Shown here in pieces: positions 14,650-25,960 of a stretch of 64,000 nt of DNA. Under the pieces are notes generated by a model that was not told the DNA's origin, did no database searches, and saw nothing but the letters and a program-made list of their open reading frames with translations. Origin of the DNA: Trichoplax adhaerens. Lineage: Eukaryota; Animalia; Placozoa. Within the stretch, counting starts at the first letter, position 1. Each line of letters begins with the position of its first letter. The stretch covers positions 315,626 through 379,625 of the forward strand of contig NW_002060976.1 of the NCBI RefSeq assembly GCF_000150275.1. Reading direction: 5' to 3'. A program made the position numbers and the translations under genes.

Positions 14650-15900
14650 CTGATCTTGTAATTACATAACTCTTTTGTTTCTTTCCCATCTAATTTTTAT
14701 TCCCTTCCGCCTAGGAAGAAAGCTTTATAATTGTTTATTGGGACACAAATAAAGTCTGACTATAAATTTTTTCTTTGTAGATAATTCTAAACAGCAATGA
14801 TATTAATTTTGGTGATATATATTTCTTCAATTTATAACTATTATGACCTTGCAAGTCATTGCCTTGACTCTCAAATAGAGCAGTTTTAATTGCACAAAAT
14901 CCTACCTAATATACTGCAATAAACAATTCATACTCTATACGTTAAATCTATCTCTATATATGTTACCATTACCCTATGAGCAAAATATTGTTCTTATTGA
15001 AGTAGTTGCACTTCCAACAAATCTTTGCCAAATGGCTTACAATTCTGATCTAAGTAAAATCAACTCACACAATTGTAAATTGTTCAAAGGATATATTACA
15101 AAAATCAAGAATAACTTGACTTATATCCGAATGAATATTGTTAGATAAACCAAGTTTATGCAATGAAAGGAAATTTAATAAGAAATACTAATTCGTTTGT
15201 AATACTTTGAACAAAAATTTATCACAATCTATTTCTATAAACTTAGGTACCTGATTTTTATTACAGTTAGCAATATTTGTTTATTATACTTTAGATCTAA
15301 GAAACCGCAAACTGTACTCATCTCTTCATTTATTTTGGCATTGGATTTGTTTGAACTAGAAAGCTATCGTATTGTAACAAAGGGATTTTTAACTTAATTT
15401 ATTTTGCTATCCATAATCTGCAACTACTTTGTGACGTTCAAGAAACAATTCTACATCACATGTAGTAACGCTTTAATAAATATTACTCAAGTATTACACT
15501 TTCAAAATACATTACTACTATAGTTTGATGAAGTCACCAAAAGTACTTTCCCATGAATCTTTAAGAAACTTTCATACTTTCGAACGGTTTTCAATCTATC
15601 CTAAGACGTTGAACAGTTGCAGCTAACTACTATGAAATGGTACGATTAATTAAGCTAGTAAATTTTCTATTCTATACGAAGCAATACATTAAAAGAAAAT
15701 TTTAGCCGTCCACAGAATCCTGATGAAAATTTTTAGCGAGTTTATTATCAAAAGTATTTCTTAAGTGTTGAAAAATGGATGTATGAAATAAAGTTAGACG
15801 TGATTTTACTATATTGTTCATACATATTTCCAGTTTGACTACCGAATTAGTTCTTGTACTGAATTCATGTGGGTAAATGCCATCCTTTCTAAGAAGCTGA
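14650..15900. repeat. Diverged duplicated block; partners at ~20500-21550 and ~26175-26595
   Basis: ccttccgcctag...aagtctgactataaatt in both 14.7 kb and 20.6 kb; cacatg...taaatattact...actttcaaaa in three copies; aatgccatccttt..gaagctg shared with 26570-26595. Confidence 0.8.
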
Positions 15901-15903
15901 TCA

Positions 15904-16847
15904 GCAAAAGCATCTGTTTGTGCTTATGGTGCATGAAGTTTACTGCCACACACCTCCACTACTATTTAAACAGTTTCTAAAGCCAATGACAAATAGTTGT
16001 GCAGTATCATTGATTGCATTACCGTCTAAACGCCGATTCCAATTATTCTCATCAACTAAAAACAGAAAAGCAGTTCACCTTTTCAGATCTGCAGGAAAAG
16101 ATAGTGAAACTTCAGCAAAAAAATCGTCAAATCACCTGGCTCAACGAAGGCTTTAACTACAACATCAGAAAAGACCACGTAGGCAACTCCAAGAAGACTA
16201 TTGGTAAAATTGACAAATTCTACCCTCATTGTAGAGCGAATAAGTTTCCCGGAGAAGCAGAGGGTCCTTGCTGAAAAGGATTCAAAGTTAAGTTCGAACC
16301 TCTCCTCTAACCTTCTGATATTTTGAAGACTCTCCTCAAAACGATTTGTCAGATGCAAAGCATTTCTGAGAGAGTACGTGAAAGTACAACTTGGCCTCTA
16401 TCTTCACGAGCTTTGGGTCCGACAAGAATCTCAACGATCTCAGATTCTTCACCGCCTTCAAAGCTCAAGAAGTACACCCTGAATAACACAGTCAAGCAGA
16501 TCATTCTCGATCTTCAGGAGACGCTGTACTCCAGCAATACATAGGTGAAAAGCTTCAATTCTGTGCTGGAGAATATGGATTCGCCCAAACATTTAATTGT
16601 ATTTGCAGCTGATAAAAAACATATAACGAAAATCGCCGACTCTTTAATGCTCCAAAGACAAACGGGTCTGCTTTAATCAGAGTTGGATATGCGAACGGCA
16701 CGCGCGACATCCTCTTGAAGCAGCGAGACGGCCGACTCAACAGGATTAAGGAGACCTGAACGAGGCCCGATGCGAAATTGGGCATTTTGCTAAATGACCT
16801 TACGGCATGACAGTTTTTTTATGTATTATATAATTCAATAAAACAAC
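15904..16847 (+). mobile_element. Degenerate Helitron Rep/helicase N-terminal fragment flanked by 9-bp direct repeat AGCTGATCA
   Basis: GC-richer insert. Stitched + frames read IGKIDKFYPHCRANKFPGEAEGPC*KGFKVK ... DAKHF*EST*KYNLASIFTSFG...FFTAFKAQ ... IILDLQETLYSSNT*VKSF ... RLFNAPK...RDILLKQRDGRLNRIKET. This matches the motif order I recognise in animal Helitron RepHel proteins (CxHCxAxKFxxExxxxCC; HFxxNIRxYNxxFxxTSFG; LQxxLxxxNxYVxxF; RxNxP; RDIxLxxRxGxLxRIxE). AGCTGATCA lies at 15895-15903 and 16848-16856. Confidence 0.8.
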
Positions 16848-17710
16848 AGCTGATCATAAGTAAAACTGTTCTTGTTATTCGGTGGATTACATAGCCAATA
16901 AAATGGTACGTATGATATAATTGAATCACCAAGTGTGCATTTTATGGTATGTCTAGGTGTATACCAGAAAAATCATATTCCAGCATTTGAAATTACTCAA
17001 ATTTATTGCAATTTAATATTCAACATAATAAATTACATATGGAAATTTCTATTTTCAGTTAGTGAACATGAAACGTTTTTTACAAAAAATAAGGTACGCT
17101 ACGAAGCTACTTTAAAATTTTAGCGATAATGCTAGGCTACGCGTGTTGCATAATGTTAAGATTGACCTTAACATATAAATGCCATATAGATATTTTCATG
17201 TCTAGTAATATATTCAAACCTTTGATGTAGAAACACACGGCTGCAATAGTTTTTAACTGCTTAGTTATAAATAATCCGATAACTAATTCATTATTAATTT
17301 AAGTACACAACACAATTGTAAATGTTCTCAGTAAGACCTAAAGAGAACTAATATCATCTATGTAATTTACGTTTTTCAACCTTATGTATTATTTAAAATT
17401 AGTTTATTTCGTGTCTAAAATATACGCTATAATGACATTAGCTCATTTGCTTAATTCGTACGTAGAAAAAATTATTTATTTTACAGTTTAATTACTAATC
17501 TGTCACCATTTCGTATGGTTTCAAAATATGTCAACAATCTTTGAATAAGTGCCTAGTGAGTAGAGCATAATCCTATAGAATTAATAGAAGTCATAATAGG
17601 ATGACGTTTGCAGTAACTGTATCAGTATTTGAATTAATCAGATATATCAGAATCCGGTATACTTTACGTTATTTAGATAGGTAGCTTAACAGTAAGTAAA
17701 TACAAGCGTC

Positions 17711-18694
17711 TTATTTTCTTCGAAGGAATAGATATTTCGGACTTTTCTTCTTCATTAGATAGATAACTGGATTATGTAAAGGAGCAAGAAGAAGAAGAAC
17801 GGTTACAAAAAAATTGAAAACCGCTATACGTTCGTAATCGTGATTCGTTAGGTTTGCTCTATTAATCTCTATGTAAACTTGTTGAGTGAATAACATAATT
17901 AATGATAACGCCAAAATAAGAAATAAGATCGAAATACAAGTAACCATCTTAATAGCTCGTGCTTTATCTTTCTGTTCTGAATAAGTATGTCCGAAGCGTT
18001 TTTTTATTATCACTCCAACTTTATGTAATTTTTTTATAACTCTGAAGTGGCAATATACGATTACAGAACCAGATACTACAAAACCAATAAAAATATAATA
18101 GCTGGAAAACAGTAGTCCTAAATAACTTCGACCATTTGGTAGCTCAGAATATATACAAACAACTTTAAAATGAGGGTCTGCTATCGTATCCTGTACAAAC
18201 ACTGCTGGAAAACTGACCGATAATATCCATATGCTAACCAATTGGATGACTATCGTTCTAGTTTTGTACGAAGGCTTGGTTATATGAATAATTATTCTAT
18301 ATCTATCAATTGAGATCAACACCAACGATAAAATATGTAAAGTAAAGCTTACGGTTATTGCAAAATATAGTACTTTACAAGCAGGATTTAAAATTGCTGC
18401 GGGCCAGCCTAAAGGATAAGTTGCATATACGATGATGCAGTAAGCAAAATACGGTATGCAACAGAGCAAATCGCACAGTACTAAGTGCGAGAAGAGAATA
18501 TCCGAAGAAGACTTTATCTTTTCCACTTTTACAATCAAAATAAAAATTATTAAATTGAAGATGAATCCTAACGTGAAAATAATTAACATTATTAAGCCAG
18601 TATACCAATAACGATTGAATAAAAAGGTATTCCATTCTGTATTTGAGTTAAATGATTTCGAATGATTGTTACTAAAGGTATATGAATTTTCCAT
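17711..18694 (-). CDS. Intronless class A GPCR, left-cluster member 3 (327 aa), close paralogue of 10685-11671
   Basis: Colinear with member 2 (shared KVEKIKSSSDILF, DTIADPHFKVVCIYS, EINRANLT); DRY, NPVIY; flanks are also homologous. Confidence 0.95.
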   Translation of the reverse strand: MENSYTFSNNHSKSFNSNTEWNTFLFNRYWYTGLIMLIIFTLGFIFNLIIFILIVKVEKIKSSSDILFSHLVLCDLLCCIPYFAYCIIVYATYPLGWPAAILNPACKVLYFAITVSFTLHILSLVLISIDRYRIIIHITKPSYKTRTIVIQLVSIWILSVSFPAVFVQDTIADPHFKVVCIYSELPNGRSYLGLLFSSYYIFIGFVVSGSVIVYCHFRVIKKLHKVGVIIKKRFGHTYSEQKDKARAIKMVTCISILFLILALSLIMLFTQQVYIEINRANLTNHDYERIAVFNFFVTVLLLLAPLHNPVIYLMKKKSPKYLFLRRK

Positions 18695-21600
18695 GATCGG
18701 CTATGGTGATTTTATAGGATTTAGTGACGCCAAAGCCTTAACTATAATTTATAAGAGAGCCTATGAATGAACAATGAAACAAATTTTGGATCTTCAGCGT
18801 TATAATACTATGGAAACATTTCATATAAAATAGTGATATGTATACTTGAAGATATGAATTATACTTGACGTTGCTCAAATCTGATATTTCGATTTCTAGA
18901 AATTTATTAAAGTAGATTTAAAACAGTATATTAAAAATAAATTATCAGTCTTTAGCTTTCAATTTATTCGCTAGTTTCATCTGTCAATTCATTAGTGTTC
19001 GTAATCTGCACTGCTATGACAATCACAGGCGTTAGCTCAATCAATTAATAATAAATCTCTTTAATACGGTATCTATCTCTATTTAATAATGGTCTACTAC
19101 CTTCTACCAAGGAATGAAAGGTATACAATTACTTAAAGGAAAATACTAAATTTACCGATTATAAAATTCATTATTTTGTACAATAATTGGCTAAAAAATA
19201 CCTTTTAACAAGTAGAATTTAGAGGAAAATCTATTAGAATTTGAGTATCATACTAACTTTCTTGTTGGCAATAGCAAAATTAATTCAAAACGAATTGAAC
19301 GCTTCATAAAACAAATCGGAAAATTCTAACTGGCAGACCTATTATACCAATAATAATATTACCAGTCAGTTATAATCTATACACTAAAAAATAAAAAGAA
19401 CAAAATTCTCATATACATTTCATTAGATATAAGAAAGAGAGAATATAGAAAAACTTACATTAAAGCTGTAAAGTTACTGCATGCATATATATTAGTAGTA
19501 GAAAGATGACACTAATTTGCTAACGGTATCGATCGGAGTACTGACTAAGGTATCTAAGTAACTGTAATACATCATGCTCTAAGTACGCATACTTGCATCA
19601 GCTTAACGATGCTATTAACGCTCTGATAAAATGAAAACTCGCAAATAATTATAAAACTTTGTCACTATAGTTATAAAAGACAGTAACTAATCGGCATTTT
19701 TCTGAGTTTAACAATCAGTTATTAAGATTTGAAATTCAAGTACTACGTGAATTTCAGGTAACCACAGTAAATTCCACGAAATGTATCGTAATTAACTTGA
19801 TTCATTAATGCACTCTTCTTCGTAAGATTCTAGTGGTATCTATTTTTCTTGACTTAGAAGATAGTATAACCGTTCAGTATATTTGATGTATTGCACGAGA
19901 ACTAATTCATCCGCGAATGCGGGAAATTCTCGAGGTACTCCGACTAATGTACTAATTCGACCACTTCTACACAAATAATCAATACCTGGCCGATATCTAT
20001 TAGTCCTAGGTTACTCTTTATTTGAGACCAGGTAATGATCCAAAACGACGTTAAATATTATCAGACCTTGCGGTCTAACTGAGACAATATAGATCATGAA
20101 GGATCTCACTACTGAACGTAACTAAATCAAACGGCGCACACGAATGTAGTTAGACTTCTCAAGCGATTATAATTATTTATGATGGACGATAACTGTCAAC
20201 TACTAACTGAAACCCTAATGAGTTGACTGACTAGAGTCGAATCAGTATTCGATAGTAGATATCGATATATACGCGTAAATAAAATTACACTTTATTTCTT
20301 TTAGAAAATATTAATTGTATTGGGTGTCTTTTAAATTTGGTACTTCTTTTGCTTGGAAATTACTAAAGTAAAAACAAAACAGAATTATAAAGGGAATTAA
20401 TTCGGTCTTCAATCTACTAATTACCAGTTATTAAATTCTATCAATCAATATATTAGCGCTTTTTAACTGTTAATACAGGAAAATTACTGACAATAGCCTA
20501 ATCTTGTAATAATGGAACTCTTTGATTTCATCTTTACCCTATTCGTTATTACCTTCCGCCTAGAAAATAAGCTTTATACAGTAATTGTTTGCCGGGAACA
20601 CATATAAGTCTGACTATAAATTATTGTTTCTTTGCTTTGCTGATAATTCTTGATTGTAATATTATAAGCCTAATTTAAACTTATTCTATTTATACCTAAT
20701 ATGATCTTTTAAGTCATTGTCTTTAATTTACAAAAAACAGTTTTAATTGCTCTAAAATCTACCTAATATGCTGTATTAAGCAATTCGTACTCCATACATT
20801 AAATTTACCATATACATACGTACAGTATAAATAAGCTATTACTTCTTATGGCTTAAATATTCATGAATAGTAATAGTCCCACACCTGCCATCTTATATAA
20901 ATGTATATAACGTAATAATTTAATACGTAGTAAGGTAGCTTAATTAATATTTAATTTATTTGTTATTATATTCTGTAAACAAAATATTATCGTTACAGAC
21001 GTAGTTGCATTTCCGATGAATCTTTGCAAAATGGCTCAATACTCTGATCGAAATTAAATCACGTCACACATATATTAGCTATTAAAAGAGCTTACTATAA
21101 ATTAGGCATAACTTGACTTAAATTAGAGCAGGTATTGTTAGATAAGCCAAAAGTTATATTGAGCGAAATTTAAAAAGAAATACTAGTTATTGCTTAATGC
21201 CTTAAACAAACTTTATTAAAATTTTTATATAAGGATAGGCGTATGATTCCGATTAATGTTAGAAATACCTATTTATCATATTATACATTCAAAAATTACT
21301 CACCATAAGCTTCTATTGAATCTTTCTGGCATTAGATTATTGTAAAATAAAATGCTATCGCATTGTAATAAATAGGTTTTTAATCTATTTTATCATTTCA
21401 TTCATCATCTACGATTACTTTATGAAGTACAAGAAAATATTCCATGTCACATGTAGAAAGGCTTTACTAAATATTACTATTGAACTTTCAAAACACATTG
21501 CTACTGTAGTTTATTGTATTTGCTACATGTACTTTCCAATTTTCCTTTAAAGCATTGTAAATTAATGCAGTATTGTGATTGTAGACTATATGCCATGTTT

Positions 21601-22673
21601 AGTATGATGTGCTTTAGTGTCTATTCTATATTTATCATGTGATATATTTAGTAGCCCATAATTATAGACTGTAATGATAGACTCTATACTAGAGTATAGA
21701 TGAGTATATACAGTGAGATGTTGAGCTACTAGTAAGGTTAGAAGTAGAAATAGAATTGTAAATCATGCATTAAAATAGGCTAAATGCATTGTACTTTGAG
21801 GGGTAGAAATAATATCTACCAAAATACTGTAATCCTTTCCATATTGGATTAATGATGGTTCGCTGTAAAATATTGTAACTAATAATAAGTTGAATATGTG
21901 TAAAATATGATAGAATGCTGCTATACTGATTGTAGCTGCGAAGGCTAAGGAGAATATTAAAGTCGGCGACGTTAGATTATCTGATTGTTCTTTCCAGAAG
22001 TCTTTTAGTAGTTATATCTAGCTAGAGTAGAGCTGTGTGTAGCTAGTCTTTGCATTAGATTTAATAAAGTTCTAATTTTATAAAACTTTTGAATTTTCGT
22101 CTTCGGATTTTATCATAGGCATTGTTATATGTTCATGTCGTTTGCAATCTGTTCTACGTTTTTTAACTGTCTTGGTTTACTACTATAAAATAACACGGTT
22201 AAATAAATTTTGCAGTATAGCCATCTACAAAATCGTGATGAAAAAATCAAAATTATTTATTGGAAGTGTAGTAAAAGGACTAAAAGTAGAGTCCTTTGTA
22301 GTTTTTAGTATGTAATTAGTATTATTTTACTATACAAAATACCTACAAAGTGATAGTGTCTTTAAGTTTTACCCTGCCAAATCATCATGTCGCCATCTTT
22401 TCTTCTTCATTATTTTACAAGGTATTATATAGATTACTATAGAAGTAGCCCTATAGAGCAAATGCCTAATCTAAAGAAAGGGCGTTTCATCGTCTATTCA
22501 AATTGTAAAGAAATTTGACTTAGTAGCAAAACCCTATCCTTAGAGAAAGGGGATTTATAACATGACGATAAAGTACTGTAATGTAGTCTATACTCGTACA
22601 GTTACAGTACAATCTGACGCTAAAACATCAACTGTCAATACTCGCGAATACTAAGCGGTACTAATGTCAGAAA

Positions 22674-23587
22674 AGTAGTCGTAGTAGTCATATAAATTTT
22701 TTTGATAAGCGATTACTGTGATCTTCATAAAAAGCGAATTTTTCCGGATTTGTGTCCGATATAGTTTTCGGATTCTGGGACCGGTCGGGTTTGTGTCCGA
22801 TATAATTTTCCTGTTTTGGAACAGGTCGGGTTTATTTTTAATTTATGTCTGAATTATAATTTTTCTGTTTTAATTTTTGGATTTTTGTTCATGAAAAATA
22901 TCGTAAGAGTTGATTTTTGAGATTTGGACTTTTTGTTATCAATTTGAAACTTTGGAATTTTATGACGTGACTTGAAGTCACATTAGGAGATTTAGTGAGG
23001 AAAATAGAAAATAAGATGGAAATTGGCAGAGGTTGTGTTGATTGTTAGGTAGTTAGAATGTTGTTTTTATGACTAAATCTTGATGTTTAAAGGTTGATTT
23101 TTAGCTTTTTATAGTGTATTAATGATAGAAATTATGTTAGAAATGAAGTTTGATGTATTTTTATAGTTAGCTTATTACTTTTATAGTGTTTTGTAAGGGA
23201 ATCGTAGGGTAAATTGTGTCTGAACTTTGAATGATTTTTGTTTTCTTAAATGGTGCAAAGTAGTTTTGTAAAACGGATCTTAAGAGCGATTGGTTAGCAA
23301 ATGTTTAGTTTTAAATACCTCTGACGGCTCTACGAAGCCTATAAATGATAGTGCAATTAGAAAATTTAGGGGGAGAGTAGAAGAAGATTTTATTTGAAGA
23401 ACTTGTTGAATTTAAAAGGCCTTCGGGGTCGAATTGTCGTAAGTTAAAACGTTCTTCTTTTTGAAAGGTTGTTTGGTCGTTGACAGTTTTTAAGTCTGTC
23501 ATTTATTTTAATAATACTTAAAGCTAAGTATTTGTAAGGTTGTTCGGTTTATACTTCTCTCCATTTTGTTTGAAATAAATTGTGTTC
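22674..23587. mobile_element. Possible end of an inserted element (AGT-repeat start, ~41-bp subterminal tandem repeat, strong G/T skew) running into the assembly gap
   Basis: agtagtcgtagtagt at 22674; gg(a/g)tttgtgtccgatata copies at 22746 and 22787 plus a decayed third; + strand very C-poor at ~22850-23300. No recognisable protein. Confidence 0.3.
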
Positions 23588-23937
23588 NNNNNNNNNNNNN
23601 NNNNNNNNNNNNNNNNNNNNNNNNNNNNNNNNNNNNNNNNNNNNNNNNNNNNNNNNNNNNNNNNNNNNNNNNNNNNNNNNNNNNNNNNNNNNNNNNNNNN
23701 NNNNNNNNNNNNNNNNNNNNNNNNNNNNNNNNNNNNNNNNNNNNNNNNNNNNNNNNNNNNNNNNNNNNNNNNNNNNNNNNNNNNNNNNNNNNNNNNNNNN
23801 NNNNNNNNNNNNNNNNNNNNNNNNNNNNNNNNNNNNNNNNNNNNNNNNNNNNNNNNNNNNNNNNNNNNNNNNNNNNNNNNNNNNNNNNNNNNNNNNNNNN
23901 NNNNNNNNNNNNNNNNNNNNNNNNNNNNNNNNNNNNN
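23588..23937. other. Assembly gap (350 N)
   Basis: Run of n. Confidence 1.
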
Positions 23938-25458
23938 TGAAATTGTGCATCTTTATGGTACTAAAATGTCTTCTGTATTGAAATCGTAGGACACTGCTCA
24001 AAAGCTATGAAAATTAGAAGTAATTAGTTAATTAAACGGACCTAACATTACCTATATTTTAGCCACGATAATACATTTTATTATTCGTGATTACAGTGTA
24101 AGATATTTATACTAGAGCATAATCTATCGTAAAACTCTAATAAATTAGTTAATATTAAATATATTTAATTTCTCAAGAACTAGATTCTTATGTTAACTTT
24201 ACAGTGTAGCAATAGTAAATTTCCAAACCCCAGCTTTTCCACGAAAAGACAGATTAAGAAAGAGAAAAATAATTTAATACTATAAAACTTCAACGTCATC
24301 TACAGTATAGCATATTCGTACGTGCAGTGCGATATAGAGTACAAGGTATTCTTCACAGCTACCAAACATTCGTAATGCTAAAGACTCTATAAGACATGGT
24401 AATTAGTTACAATTTTCTATATACTCTGCTACATTGAGGCTTGTTCTACTTTCTAGGATATGTATAGAGACTTGATGTTATCATACTTCATGCTAATACT
24501 ACGATAACATGAAATTAATGATATTAGGTCCTCAAAAATCATATCAGATTTTTTATAACCAAGTGTAGATCCAATATAATGCTTAATTTTCACTTACAGT
24601 ATTAAAATAGAACTCTACAGCAACTATCGTTTTATAAAGAAATAAACTCTGTTTAAAATTCTTTGATACAAGTCAATTACAGATATATTAATTAATTACA
24701 AGCATGTTTTAATCAGTTTACATATCAATTTCTAACAAGCATTGGACAGAAAATGATGCTTGAACTTTACGTAACTAAAATTGTTTTCATATTCATCAAT
24801 TGTTCTGTTAATCTTAATACATACTGCTTTGAGTGTGAATATTCACCTTACATTAGCATATTCACTTATACTCGTATGCCTATAATTACAAGGAAATAAA
24901 ATTTAATTTACTGAATTTGCAGCATCTGAGAGTCAAATTGTTAAAGATAGTAGTAGAAAGTGGCGCTCAGGTGACACTAGCAAGTTCAAATAGCAGACTT
25001 AACTATGTTGTAATCTTAACTTTTGTAATTGCGTACGGTTTAGAATGTAACTTGCGCGTAAAAGATATATCAGCCTTATCTATACGCATTTTCCACTACG
25101 AATACTTGTATTTATATGGTATAGTATTCAAGTATTTGACATTCAATTGGTTTCTCAAAGCTCGTAGTCGAGCGTGTATGATTTGTAAGTTGAATTTCTC
25201 ATCAGAGATTATGAACCCTCCATCGCCAGGTAATAATTTAGGATTCTTGTGCATTGCATTATTCTTAGCTCTCAGTTAAGAGCAGTGTAGTTAATAAAGA
25301 AATAAAGTATTACTTAACCGAACATCACCATGTTGCTGTGAGGCAGTAAATCGAATATATCAACTATCCGATAGTCGGAGTACCTCGTGAGCTACCCCAG
25401 CTCCGTTTCATCACGGTATAACGAATGGTAACAAACTTGATTTATTGATATACTTCCA

Positions 25459-25960
25459 TCAAGTGCATAGACAGTACCAATCTGTACTCTTTTTGACTAA
25501 GTAAATAACCGGATTATTAAGGAATGAAAGAGTCTGTAACTAGGAGGAAAAAAACACTAGTGCTTCCGAACTGGCACTTCGTGCCAGCATTACTTTTCCA
25601 TAGTTGATATCAAAGTAAACTGTATTGCAATGAGTCTTGAAAGCAAATTGCTGCCACCCATAAAATTTGTCATAATTTTTTGTTCATTTTACAATAACAA
25701 AAACGCGAAATGATCGTTGGTAGGATACAGTTAGTGACAAAATAGCATGTAGAAGATAACCTTCCAGGCTCTGTTCATCGTGTATCCGAAGAAAGCATGT
25801 GAACATAAGTCTGAATAAATGGCAATAGCAGCAACAGAAATAACAGAGCTGTAACGATGAAGCTAACATTAGTTGTTCAGTAAATTAACAGCATAATATA
25901 ATTGTTACATGTGGCTGCTGAAATACTAATAGCGTTGTTGTAATAATACTATACGGTACA
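25459..25960 (-). pseudogene. Decayed GPCR of the left-cluster family (not in ORF track)
   Basis: Manual minus-strand translation gives TM4-like FIVTALLFLLLLLPF, TM5/ICL3 NCILPTIISRFCYCKMNKKL*QI (cf. YIIPIIIMSYCYARVVRKLKQV), ECL3 VYFDINYGK (cf. IYIDINYAR) and TM7 SFLNNPVIYLVKKS (cf. APLHNPVIYLMKKKS; NPVIY at 25515-25501). In-frame stops, a frameshift and large deletions. The 5' boundary is approximate. Confidence 0.8.

Noticed and set aside
19800-20160. Slightly GC-richer stretch with a protein-looking + frame (IARELIHPRMREILEVLRL...)
   Set aside because: Stops occur at about the rate expected by chance, and no family is recognisable. BLASTx would be needed.
23549-24001. ORFs of 124-150 aa spanning the N run
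   Set aside because: Artefacts of translating the assembly gap.
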